A stretch of 64,000 bases of DNA from an uncultured Gammaproteobacteria bacterium (GCA_964612595.1 CAZTFB010000002.1:70663-134662); one strand, 5' to 3'. Shown: positions 45,700-55,145, counted from the stretch's first letter. Program-made: numbers and translations. Notes: generated by a model from the letters alone, not told the origin.

Positions 45700-45972
45700 T
45701 CAGAATCCGCCAAGAATGAGCGTGTCGGGCATCGGCCCCCTGCAGACCCGTTGGGTCGTGAACGTTGCCTTAACCCACCCTCGGCCCGGATACTCCACGA
45801 GGATAGAGCATTCGCCGTTCGCTTCTTTTTGGAAGCATTGCGAGTAGAACCGCTCAAAGTCTTCGTTGCCGTTTGGGTCGCTAATCGTCACGTCGACCAG
45901 GCCACCATTGGGCCCGCTGGACCACCAAACGTTTCCAGCACGACAGACAAACGGATTCGACCGTGTGTACAT
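45700..45972 (-). CDS. GC-rich cassette ORF 3, unknown function
   Basis: 90 aa with GGAGG 6 nt upstream, its own promoter, and 4 Cys. No recognisable family. The plus-strand ORF 45697-46071 is judged an artefact. Confidence 0.5.
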   Translation of the reverse strand: MYTRSNPFVCRAGNVWWSSGPNGGLVDVTISDPNGNEDFERFYSQCFQKEANGECSILVEYPGRGWVKATFTTQRVCRGPMPDTLILGGF

Positions 45973-46035
45973 CGAACTACCTCCATCACGAGCTCGCCGG
46001 ATGCGAAAAAAGTGCGCGTATGCACTTTGGTGCGA

Positions 46036-46064
46036 ATTATACTACCAGAGAGCTCTGAGATCAA
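46036..46064 (-). promoter_or_regulatory. sigma70-type promoter TTGATC-N17-TATAAT for cassette ORF 3
   Basis: -35 at 46064-46059, exact 17-nt spacer, -10 at 46041-46036. Lies 85 nt downstream of the tRNA-Ala 3' end. Confidence 0.6.
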
Positions 46065-46148
46065 TTTCTAGGCTGGGCAAGGGTCTGAAAAAAGTTAAAT
46101 CGTGTTTGGATTTGTGAGACGCTCTATATTACCCCCGAGGTTGTTGTG

Positions 46149-46222
46149 TGGACCGGAGGGGACTTGAACCCCTGACCCCCGCACTGCCAGCGCGATGCTC
46201 TAGCCAACTGAGCTACCGGCCC
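46149..46222 (-). tRNA. tRNA-Ala (anticodon GGC)
   Basis: Hand-folded: acceptor GGGCCGG/CCGGTCC with the G3:U70 alanine identity pair, D arm GCTC/GAGC, anticodon loop CTGGCAG, T arm AGGGG-TTCAAGT-CCCCT. No encoded CCA. Confidence 0.85.
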
Positions 46223-46276
46223 AAACACATCCAGTTTTTCTATTATACACGAGCAGGTCGCTCAACAACGCGTTTT

Positions 46277-46291
46277 TGATATAATTTTAGG
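46277..46291 (+). promoter_or_regulatory. extended -10 promoter TGATATAAT 6 nt before a GTG start (leaderless-type)
   Basis: TGATATAAT-TTTAGG-GTG. Confidence 0.45.
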
Positions 46292-47017
46292 GTGATAAAA
46301 CAATCTATTGTGATTCTCCATGGTTGGGGAAGTAGCCCTAAGCGCTGGATCGCTATGCACGATTCTCTCAAAGCGTTTTCTAGAGATATTGGTAACGCAA
46401 TTCATATGCCATTTCTTCCTGGATTTGATGGCAACGAACCAGAAAAAGCGCTAAACATTGATGATTATGTTTTGTGGTTAGAAAAATATATCAAGGATCA
46501 TAGATTAAGAAACATCGTGTTGGTGGGTCACTCAAATGGGGGGCGCATCGCAATACGATATGCCGCCACCCATAAAGATGTGGCGAAGCTTGTATTGATT
46601 GCTGCAGCGGGCATACCCAACAATAGAATCTCATTAAAAAAGTCTGTATTTATGGTCGCTGCTAAAACAGGAAAGGCTATTTTGAATCCTCTGAAAGGAA
46701 CTTTTTTGTATCGAGCGGCAGAAAAAGGCATCTACAAACTCGCACGCGAGACGGACTACTACAAAGCAAGCCCTATTATGAAAGAAACAATGCTACACCT
46801 ACTCGCATATGATGCAACGGGGGATTTAAAGAGCATTACATGTCCAACATTGTGTGTGTGGGGAAAGAACGATGCCGCCACGCCTCTGTGGATGGGAGAA
46901 AAGATGGTGGCGGGCATTCCAAGATGTACAATGAAAGTTGTTGATGGTGGCCACAACATTCATATGACAAACACCAATGAGGTGGCCACACATATTAAAG
47001 ATTTTCTTCAAACATGA
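46292..47017 (+). CDS. alpha/beta hydrolase
   Basis: The HGWGSS N-terminus and GHSNGG nucleophile elbow (GxSxG). Confidence 0.7.
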   Translation: MIKQSIVILHGWGSSPKRWIAMHDSLKAFSRDIGNAIHMPFLPGFDGNEPEKALNIDDYVLWLEKYIKDHRLRNIVLVGHSNGGRIAIRYAATHKDVAKLVLIAAAGIPNNRISLKKSVFMVAAKTGKAILNPLKGTFLYRAAEKGIYKLARETDYYKASPIMKETMLHLLAYDATGDLKSITCPTLCVWGKNDAATPLWMGEKMVAGIPRCTMKVVDGGHNIHMTNTNEVATHIKDFLQT

Positions 47018-48408
47018 CATTGTTGTTAACAATTGGTTTTCTAAAATTTATTCACCAGGTTTTATATGCCGTATACCTTCTCCAACTTAAGGAATATCGC
47101 CACGATCGTCTTAGAGAACATTTACTACGCAAGCACAAACACATGCATCATGCCTTATTTTATACTGGGCTTGGGGCGCCCCTATCGAGAAACATGCTTC
47201 CTCATCCAACAGGAAAAGCTGTCTTAATTACCACATTATCCTTAATAATTGGGATCTTGCTTATGTATCTTCTTGGCTTTGCAGGCATTGCCATAGCTCT
47301 CCTTTTCTCCCTTGGTATAGTGTTTTTGTCTCTTTCCGTTGTTTCCCCGTTTGAACACATGTTGCGCCAACAGACGTACGAAAACGCCCGCGCAAAAATC
47401 ATAGACTATAAAAGTCGCGGGCTTCTCGTCATTGGCATAACCGGAAGTTATGGCAAAACCTCTACCAAAGATTTTCTAGCGCACATCTTGCGCTCATCAC
47501 TCACAGTTCTGTCTACCAAAAACAGCATAAATACCCCTTTGGGTGTTGCTCGAACCATTGTTAATGAACTAAAACCAGAACACAAGGTGTTCATCGTAGA
47601 AATGGGTGCATATAAAATCGGAGAGATATCTGAGCTTTGCGATATTGCACTCCCCGATATAGGGATCATAACCGGTATCTCAAACCAACATCTTAGTCTT
47701 TTCGGTTCACAAGACAACATAATAAAGGGCAAGTCGGAGCTTTTTGACAAACTAAAACCAGGATCCGACGCATATATAAGCACGTTAAGTCCACACAAAC
47801 ACAAGAGCTCAAACACAGATATTCATATTATCCACTATGGCGAAAGGGATCTTGATGATAGTATGAAAAAGATTCTTGATGCATCCCAACTTCCTAAAGA
47901 ACTCGCTCACAATGTAATACCGGCCATCCTCATCGCACAAAAACTTGGTATAGCTGACAAGAATATTAAAGAGTCATTATTAACCCTTGCCCCTTCAGAA
48001 AAAACCATGAAAATTCTTGAGGGGAGGGGTGGTGCGTCAGTAATTGACGATACCCACAACGCAAGCGAGATGGGTGTGATGACAGCGATTTCGTTTTTAT
48101 CTTCAATGCCACATAAAAATAAGCTTCTTATTATGCCTTGTATTATTGAGCTTGGAGAAGCATCTGAAAATACCCATCGTGGTATAGGGACCTTAATAAA
48201 AGACAGCGATATTGAGGCAATTATAACAACAGATGATTACTATTCCTATATTGCCGAAACTGCACCAAAGGAGAAAGTTCGCCTTATTACAAAACCTGAT
48301 GTTGTGTGTGCGTACTTGCGTGATCGCATAACGAAGGATTGGATAGTTGTATTAGAAGGAAAAGTTAGTCCCCATATTATTGATTTTCTTACTGGTGATG
48401 GTATTTAA
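47014..48408 (+). CDS. Mur ligase family protein, MurF-like, with N-terminal membrane segment
   Basis: GITGSYGKTSTKDFL P-loop and NSINTPLGVARTI, typical MurF blocks. The first 130 aa or so are hydrophobic instead of the usual N-domain. Confidence 0.7.
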   Translation: MTLLLTIGFLKFIHQVLYAVYLLQLKEYRHDRLREHLLRKHKHMHHALFYTGLGAPLSRNMLPHPTGKAVLITTLSLIIGILLMYLLGFAGIAIALLFSLGIVFLSLSVVSPFEHMLRQQTYENARAKIIDYKSRGLLVIGITGSYGKTSTKDFLAHILRSSLTVLSTKNSINTPLGVARTIVNELKPEHKVFIVEMGAYKIGEISELCDIALPDIGIITGISNQHLSLFGSQDNIIKGKSELFDKLKPGSDAYISTLSPHKHKSSNTDIHIIHYGERDLDDSMKKILDASQLPKELAHNVIPAILIAQKLGIADKNIKESLLTLAPSEKTMKILEGRGGASVIDDTHNASEMGVMTAISFLSSMPHKNKLLIMPCIIELGEASENTHRGIGTLIKDSDIEAIITTDDYYSYIAETAPKEKVRLITKPDVVCAYLRDRITKDWIVVLEGKVSPHIIDFLTGDGI

Positions 48409-49615
48409 AAAACCGATTTCAATTAGTTTTGCTCCTAATTTTCAACAGGATGATGTTTTGTTAGCGGTTCGGCTCTTGTGTGGCAGAATACCATTATCAA
48501 CACAGTCAACCGCCACAACAGAGCTTAAAAGGGCAATTGGCAACCTCTTTCAAGATACCAATGTCTCTCTTTTTTCTTCGGGCCGCTCTGCTCTTTATTA
48601 TGGCTTAAAAGCCCTAGGTCTTAGCGAAGGTGATGAGGTGCTTGTCCAAGCATTTACCTGCGTTGCTGTGCCCAATGCAGTTATATGGAATGGACTACAA
48701 CCAGTGTTTGTTGATATCGACCATTCCTATAATTTTGATGTTGTTGATCTTGAAAGAAAGATTACTCCCCGCACAAAAGCTATTATTGTCCAACACACAT
48801 TTGGTATTCCAGCCAATATGTCTCTTATCCAAAAACTTGCAAAGAAACACCACCTATATATCGTTGAGGACTGCGCGCACGCACTTGGAGGTATGTATCA
48901 AAACAGGTTGCTTGGTACGTTTGGTGATGTGTCTATTCTTAGCTTTGGTAGAGACAAGGTGGTCTCTTCTGTATTTGGTGGTGCGGCAATTTCTAGTGAT
49001 AAAAAAATTGCCTCCTCTCTCACTACATATGAAAAAAACCTTGAGCCTTCACCTTGGTTTTATTCCTTCCAACAACTGTTTTATCTCATAACATATGCTA
49101 TATCGTTGCCACTTTATAATCTGTTTATTGGCAAATTATTGCTTCGCACATCACGGTGGATTGGGCTTTTGTCACAAGCTGTTTATAAAAAAGAGTGGGG
49201 TGGTCAGATGCCTTTTTTTACCCATTATGCATTTCCTTCAAAACTCGCGGTGCTTGCGATTCACCAACTTCATAAGCTTCCATTATTCAGGGAACACCGT
49301 ACAAAAATTAGCACTCTGTACGTCAGGCATCTCGACCTCCAACTTGAACCGGCACCGTATCTACGCATTCCATACATAGTAGAAAACAAACATAGTTTTC
49401 TTAAAAAAGCACAAGGTGTCGGCCTACACCTTGGGAATTGGTACAGGGGGGCTGTAGACCCCACAGGGACAGATCTTGAGCACCTAGGCTACCTACCATG
49501 CCCAACAGCAGAACATCTCGCGAAACACACCATAAACCTCCCCACACACATTAATATTTCTGCTAAAGATGCTGAAGAAATTGTTACATTTATAAAGTCG
49601 CAAAAATCATTATGA
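48398..49615 (+). CDS. DegT/DnrJ/EryC1/StrS-family PLP-dependent aminotransferase
   Basis: SGRSALYYGLKALGL..GDEVLVQAFTCVAVPNAV and FGRDKV (PLP lysine) blocks. Confidence 0.75.
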   Translation: MVFKKPISISFAPNFQQDDVLLAVRLLCGRIPLSTQSTATTELKRAIGNLFQDTNVSLFSSGRSALYYGLKALGLSEGDEVLVQAFTCVAVPNAVIWNGLQPVFVDIDHSYNFDVVDLERKITPRTKAIIVQHTFGIPANMSLIQKLAKKHHLYIVEDCAHALGGMYQNRLLGTFGDVSILSFGRDKVVSSVFGGAAISSDKKIASSLTTYEKNLEPSPWFYSFQQLFYLITYAISLPLYNLFIGKLLLRTSRWIGLLSQAVYKKEWGGQMPFFTHYAFPSKLAVLAIHQLHKLPLFREHRTKISTLYVRHLDLQLEPAPYLRIPYIVENKHSFLKKAQGVGLHLGNWYRGAVDPTGTDLEHLGYLPCPTAEHLAKHTINLPTHINISAKDAEEIVTFIKSQKSL

Positions 49616-50673
49616 GAGACACCATCACCATCGAATCTATCGCATCAAAAGAAGAGTGGAATGCTGCTGTTGTTTCGTTTACTGACGACACCTTTCACCA
49701 GGCATGGGAGTGGGGGGAGACACATGAGCACAGAGGATCAAGGGTTTGGCGATTAGGAGTGTTGGATGGAGAAAGAAATCTTATTGGAGTTGCTTTGACA
49801 ATTAAAGTTAACGCCCGACGAGGAGCTTTTTTGCTCGTACCCCATGGGCCACTTTTTATCCCTGAGATAAGGGATGATGTTCAAAAACTTTCTATCGTGC
49901 TGAAAATGCTGACCGATCGCCTTGTTTGGTTAGCGAAAGAAGAGGGTTGTGTGTTTGTTCGACTCGCCCCAACCCTAAAAAGATCCGCCGAAAACGAAGA
50001 TATATTTCGCGCCGTGGGGTACAAAAGAGCCCCTATCTTTGTACAATCCGAGCTTTCGTGGAGACTTCCGCTCCATCCTTCAGAAGATGAACTTCTTACT
50101 AACATGCGCAAATCAACACGCTATATTCTCAAGCGGACAGAGCAATACGGGGTCTCATTCGAATACTCAGACCGTCCCGAAGATTTCGATCGATTCTATA
50201 ACCTTTATAAAGAAACTGTTAAAAACCAGGAGTATGTTGGTCACAGTAAGGGTTTTATTGAGGAAGAGTTTAAAACGTTTGTTTCTGGTGGAGGAGCTCG
50301 TTTGTATTTTGCCTCAATAACAAAAGGTGGGAAGAAGATGGATCTCGCTACCGCACTTGTTATAACTCAAGGCGCTTCCGGTTTCTACCACTATGGAGGT
50401 TCTCGTAAAGATGAAAGCAACACACCAGCCCCCCATTTATTGCAGTGGTCGATAATTAAAGATTTAAAATCTCGAGGGCTTTCATTTTATAACTTTTGGG
50501 GAATAGCAGAAGAGGACAAGCCAAACCATCCCTGGCGTGGTTTGACGGTTTTCAAGAAAGGGTTTGGGGGGGAAGAGCTGGCGTATGTAAAAACACAAGA
50601 CTATATTATTAGCCCCTTTTATTGGTTTAATTGGGTCATCGAAAGCTTCCGTAGAATAAAGCGACACTACTAA
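49612..50673 (+). CDS. FemAB-family peptidoglycan bridge peptidyltransferase
   Basis: 353 aa with a tandem GNAT-like organisation. FHQAWEWGE and YHYGGS blocks typical of FemX/FemAB. Confidence 0.7.
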   Translation: MRDTITIESIASKEEWNAAVVSFTDDTFHQAWEWGETHEHRGSRVWRLGVLDGERNLIGVALTIKVNARRGAFLLVPHGPLFIPEIRDDVQKLSIVLKMLTDRLVWLAKEEGCVFVRLAPTLKRSAENEDIFRAVGYKRAPIFVQSELSWRLPLHPSEDELLTNMRKSTRYILKRTEQYGVSFEYSDRPEDFDRFYNLYKETVKNQEYVGHSKGFIEEEFKTFVSGGGARLYFASITKGGKKMDLATALVITQGASGFYHYGGSRKDESNTPAPHLLQWSIIKDLKSRGLSFYNFWGIAEEDKPNHPWRGLTVFKKGFGGEELAYVKTQDYIISPFYWFNWVIESFRRIKRHY

Positions 50674-50733
50674 TTCTTCAGTTTGTGTTGTCGTAAGAAT
50701 CCTTCCATACAATAGGACTAACTTCTGTTGAAA

Positions 50734-50775
50734 TGTGGATAAGTATCATTTATAGTTGTGGATAAATTATCCACA
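50734..50775. promoter_or_regulatory. cluster of three perfect DnaA boxes (oriC/dnaA promoter region)
   Basis: TGTGGATAA at 50734-50742 and 50757-50765; TTATCCACA at 50767-50775. All lie within 50 bp upstream of dnaA. Confidence 0.8.
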
Positions 50776-50783
50776 TACTCAAA

Positions 50784-52145
50784 ATGAACTGGAAAGAATT
50801 CTTAACATATGTTGAAGCACAAGAATCATCTCCGGTTTTGTCATCGGTTCTCATTAATACAAAGCTTGAGGGTGTGGATGGGGACACAGTAACAATTTCT
50901 CACGAAAACAACGGAGGGAAAATGTTTCTAGACGGACGCAAGAAGCTTATTGAGGGTCACCTATCAACGTATCTTAATACAAAAACAGAAATTGTTGTTG
51001 TGGTAAGGGAATCAAAGAAAAAGAAAGTGGCCACAGTTCAAAACAGCGCTTCACCCGAAGAACCCTCGTCCGGCCTTCCTCTTATGGACTACAAAGAGTC
51101 GCTCGATGGGGTGCTACAAAAGGCGGGCATTCAGGATCGATACACCTTTGATAATTTTGCGGTTTCCCCAACAAACCACGTTGCACATGCGGCCGCACAG
51201 GCTGTAGCTGATAATCTTGGAAAGATATATAACCCGCTCTTTATATATGGGACTGTTGGAGTAGGTAAAACACACCTTTCGCACGCTATCGCAAACCACA
51301 TACTGCAAAAAAATATTCATAAAAAGGTTTTGTACTGCACATCCGAGCAGTTCACAAACGACCTTGTAGATTTTATTCGTGTAAAAAACACCAAAGAACT
51401 TAGAAAGAAATATAGAAACCTTGATCTTTTAATTATTGATGACGTGCAGTTTATAGCAGGAAAAAGCTATGTTCAAGAAGAGTTCTACCATACGTTTAAC
51501 TCGATTGTGCAGGGGGGCGGCCAAATAGTATTGATTTCCGATCGCCCGCCAAGGGAGATAAAAGAGCTTGAGGACAGGCTGCGCTCCCGCTTCTCGGGCG
51601 GCCTTATCCTTGATATTCAAAAACCAGATTTTGAGCTCCGTACGGCAATTTTGCTTATTAAAGCTGAGGAGCGCCACATCGACATAGATATTGATGCCGC
51701 AAAGGAAATTGCAGAAAGAATTGTAGACTCAAGAGAGCTCGAAGGAACGCTTTTGCGTCTTCTTTCTGTGTCGCTTATGGAGTCACAAAGCAATAAGATA
51801 ACAATGGAAACGACAAGGGGGGAATTGGGCCACCAAGCAACGCGCATAATCCAAAACACAACCCCTCAAGATATTATTAAAAATGTGTGCACCTACTATC
51901 ATCTTAAGCCTTCTATTATTAAGAGCGAAACACGAAAACAAGAAATATCGAACGTGCGACAGATTATTATGTATATCTTGCGAAAAAAACTAAAAGCAAA
52001 CTACGAAGATATTGCCTTTGTGCTTAATAGGAAAGACCACACCACCATCATACATGGGGTAGAAAAAATCCAAGAAAAAATTCTTGCTGATGACCGATTT
52101 GGTGAGGAAGTAGAAAAAGTTGCCTCTTTTTCTTTGTCAACATAA
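50784..52145 (+). CDS. dnaA: chromosomal replication initiator DnaA
   Basis: YTFDNFAV, GTVGVGKTHL (Walker A), LLIIDDVQF (Walker B), and a C-terminal DNA-binding domain (DHTTIIHG). Confidence 0.95.
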   Translation: MNWKEFLTYVEAQESSPVLSSVLINTKLEGVDGDTVTISHENNGGKMFLDGRKKLIEGHLSTYLNTKTEIVVVVRESKKKKVATVQNSASPEEPSSGLPLMDYKESLDGVLQKAGIQDRYTFDNFAVSPTNHVAHAAAQAVADNLGKIYNPLFIYGTVGVGKTHLSHAIANHILQKNIHKKVLYCTSEQFTNDLVDFIRVKNTKELRKKYRNLDLLIIDDVQFIAGKSYVQEEFYHTFNSIVQGGGQIVLISDRPPREIKELEDRLRSRFSGGLILDIQKPDFELRTAILLIKAEERHIDIDIDAAKEIAERIVDSRELEGTLLRLLSVSLMESQSNKITMETTRGELGHQATRIIQNTTPQDIIKNVCTYYHLKPSIIKSETRKQEISNVRQIIMYILRKKLKANYEDIAFVLNRKDHTTIIHGVEKIQEKILADDRFGEEVEKVASFSLST

Positions 52146-52276
52146 TATAAACACAACAATACACATGGAAAAATATGCTGATCGGGTCGTAAGAAAGGGC
52201 AATTGTAAACAAAGAGTTTGTGTTATAAACTTATGCACACACACTATTACTACTAATTAATATATATAAAGATAGA

Positions 52277-53386
52277 ATGAAACTTCATATACAAAAAGAG
52301 CTCTTTGAGGAAAACCTCTCGACAGCATCTCGTTTTATCTCTTCAAAAATATCATCCATTCAATCAATTCAAGGTATACGGATGGCTGTAGGAAAAGACG
52401 CAATATCTCTCACAACAACAAACCTAAATGATTTTTACCACATTTCTGTTCCAGCAAAGGTGGAGGGTGAAGGGGAGGTTGTATTTGATTTAAAAAAAGC
52501 TATAGAGTTTGTTTCTCTTCTTGGTCCTGGAGAGCTTGTTGTTGAACTTAACAACGGAAGCGTTGTTATTAGTCAAGGAAAGAATAAGGGCTTTTTTAAT
52601 ATATATCCATCTGAGGACTTCCCTACAATCCCTTCTGTGGAGGGGAAAGAAATAGAAATTACAAACAAGATCATTGAAAAGCTCTATCTCATATTATTTT
52701 CATCCTCAAAAGAAGAAACACGACCCGTTCTTACAGGGGTCTATTTCGGAACGAAGAGTGGGGGAGGGGAAATTGTGTCGACGGACGGGTTTAGACTCTC
52801 TTTATTAAGGATTGGAAAGAGTATTTCAGAGCTTCCTGGTGCGATAATTCCATCACACGTCTTAGGCGAAGTGGTTCGGCAAGCAAAAAAGCAAACCTCT
52901 ATAAAAGCCATCCTCTCAGATACTGAAAAAATAGTTAGGTTTAATATAGGGGAAGCATCTATTTATTCAAGGGTAATAGAGGGGGAATTTCCTCCATATG
53001 AAAAAGTTGTGCCAAAGAGCCACACAACCCGAGTTTTGATCAACAAAACCGAGTTTCTTAGAAACATTAAATTAGTGTCTGTTTTTGCCCGTGAATCTGG
53101 AGATATTGTTCTTTTCGATATCACAAAAGAAGGGCTTATTCTTAAACCAAAAACAACACAAGGAAACGACTCTCAGGCATTTATGGAACACATAGAATTT
53201 GAAGGAGAGCCGCTAAAGATAGCCTTTAATTATAGGTATGTGTTAGAGTTTTTAAATACGGTTTCAATAGAGAATATCGTTTTGGAACTAACTACAAGTA
53301 CTGCGCCCACAGTCTTTAGAGACCCAAAAAGCGAGGAATATCTTCACATAATAATGCCGCTGCGTACAGAAGAAACTACGGGATAA
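52277..53386 (+). CDS. dnaN: DNA polymerase III beta sliding clamp
   Basis: 369 aa directly after dnaA. The ETRPVLTGVYF block is typical of DnaN. Confidence 0.9.
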   Translation: MKLHIQKELFEENLSTASRFISSKISSIQSIQGIRMAVGKDAISLTTTNLNDFYHISVPAKVEGEGEVVFDLKKAIEFVSLLGPGELVVELNNGSVVISQGKNKGFFNIYPSEDFPTIPSVEGKEIEITNKIIEKLYLILFSSSKEETRPVLTGVYFGTKSGGGEIVSTDGFRLSLLRIGKSISELPGAIIPSHVLGEVVRQAKKQTSIKAILSDTEKIVRFNIGEASIYSRVIEGEFPPYEKVVPKSHTTRVLINKTEFLRNIKLVSVFARESGDIVLFDITKEGLILKPKTTQGNDSQAFMEHIEFEGEPLKIAFNYRYVLEFLNTVSIENIVLELTTSTAPTVFRDPKSEEYLHIIMPLRTEETTG

Positions 53387-53387
53387 T

Positions 53388-55136
53388 TTATGTTTGGCTT
53401 ATCGTATCAAACTCTTTCTGAGAAGCAATTATTTTTATCGCCACATGAGACTGGCCTGCAAAAAACAAACCCTCCCCCACACCGCTTGCAAGTAGATAAT
53501 GCTTCTCCCCACCCGTAAGGTTAAAAACCTCTGTAATCTTGTCGACAGCCGCCGTTGACTGTTTTAATAAAATCTGAAGGCTCGAGTTTGTGAGTATTGA
53601 TCTTCCCTCCTCAACTGAAAGAAAATCTTCGACATCTTGCGTTATGGTTGTGAGCCCAAGTTGGTATTTGCGCGCGCGCTTTGCAAAACTCTGAAGATAG
53701 CGCGCAGAATCCTTTTGTTTCACAAGATACCAAGCCTCATCGATAATAAGAACGCGCTTTGTTGGCGCCTGTCGTATGCGGTTCCAAATATAGTCAAGAA
53801 TTATATACATAGCAACAGGGCGGAGGTTTTCTTCAAGGTCGCGCACCCCGAAAACTGTGAATTTATTTTTAATATCAAAATTAGACTGTTGATTAAAAAT
53901 ACCACTCGCCGACCCCTTAATAAATTTCTCAAGTCGTGTTGCTATCTCTGTTGCTTCAGGTGTTTCTAAACCCAACAAAACCTTATACAAGTCCTCCAAA
54001 AGAGGCGGTTCGTTTTTGTGGGTAGTTACATCTTGGGTAATCCCCTTTTGTTGATACACCGCGACAAGTGCCCTATCTAACAAGGCGTCTTGAGAAGGAG
54101 ATAGGTCACCAACAATGACTCGCATAAGGGAATGTAGGTTTAATATTTTATTTGAAAGCTCGTCGGGCTCAACATGGTCTGCATTTAGGTCAAATGGGTT
54201 AATCTTATATTCAGACGATAATGAAAAAGAGACAAATTCACCCCCAAACAACTCACACATTTTCTTATACTCGTTCTCGGGATCAATAATAATGACCTCT
54301 GTCCCCATTAGAAGTAGTCTGAGTGCTTCTAATTTGACCAAGAACGACTTTCCTCCTCCCGACTTACCCAAGATGACAGAATTGGCATTTTCAAGTGTAA
54401 AACGATCAAAGATTATAAGACTTCCATCGTGCTGATTAACTCCATACAAAATCCCCTCGTTGGCTGTGAGAGATGCGGTTGAAAACGGGAACATTGTGGC
54501 AAGGGAAGTCGTGTCCATGTTTCTCCAAATTTGGAGTTTGTCTTGGAACATAGGAAGTGTTGATTTGAAGCCCTCCTCCATTTCAAGCGTTGCTTTTTTG
54601 GCCACAATCAAAAGAGAACCAAGGGTTGATTCCACCTCTTTCGACGCCCTATCTAGTTCTTTTTCTGAATCTGCCGGGATGGTTATGTAGAATGCAAATT
54701 GGAAGAACCGCTCAGAACCTTGGGCCAACTCTGCTTGAAGCGTTAATGCATCGTCAAGAGATACTTGTGTAGTTGGGTCAACCGCCTTGCCAGACTTTAT
54801 GTCGCTTTCTATTGTTGCCTCCATCTCTGCAATTTTTCTACGAAGGTCGTGGAGAATATGTACCGACTCTGTTGGGTAGATAAACATTGATAAATACACA
54901 GGATGATCAAACGAAATAAGCGGCGAGAGCCAGTTTGCCGATACGTAGCGGGGATAGCCAACAACAAACAGGGTGCGATAAAACTTTTCATCGATTTTAA
55001 TATGGTTAAAATCAACCTCAACAAACGAAGGCGCAACAAGATCTTTTACTGCCACCATTCCCCTGCTTAATACATCTGCCGCTGGGTTTGGGGCGGGTCT
55101 GTTTGTTTTATTTTTCTTTTTACCAAAAAAGAACAT
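53388..55136 (-). CDS. VirB4/TraC-like type IV secretion ATPase (C-terminal two thirds)
   Basis: Walker A GKSGGGKSF and Walker B VLIIDEAW. Upstream block FYRTLFVVGYPRYV is typical of Gram-positive-type VirB4. Confidence 0.75.
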   Translation of the reverse strand: MFFFGKKKNKTNRPAPNPAADVLSRGMVAVKDLVAPSFVEVDFNHIKIDEKFYRTLFVVGYPRYVSANWLSPLISFDHPVYLSMFIYPTESVHILHDLRRKIAEMEATIESDIKSGKAVDPTTQVSLDDALTLQAELAQGSERFFQFAFYITIPADSEKELDRASKEVESTLGSLLIVAKKATLEMEEGFKSTLPMFQDKLQIWRNMDTTSLATMFPFSTASLTANEGILYGVNQHDGSLIIFDRFTLENANSVILGKSGGGKSFLVKLEALRLLLMGTEVIIIDPENEYKKMCELFGGEFVSFSLSSEYKINPFDLNADHVEPDELSNKILNLHSLMRVIVGDLSPSQDALLDRALVAVYQQKGITQDVTTHKNEPPLLEDLYKVLLGLETPEATEIATRLEKFIKGSASGIFNQQSNFDIKNKFTVFGVRDLEENLRPVAMYIILDYIWNRIRQAPTKRVLIIDEAWYLVKQKDSARYLQSFAKRARKYQLGLTTITQDVEDFLSVEEGRSILTNSSLQILLKQSTAAVDKITEVFNLTGGEKHYLLASGVGEGLFFAGQSHVAIKIIASQKEFDTISQT

Positions 55137-55145
55137 ATGTGTAGT

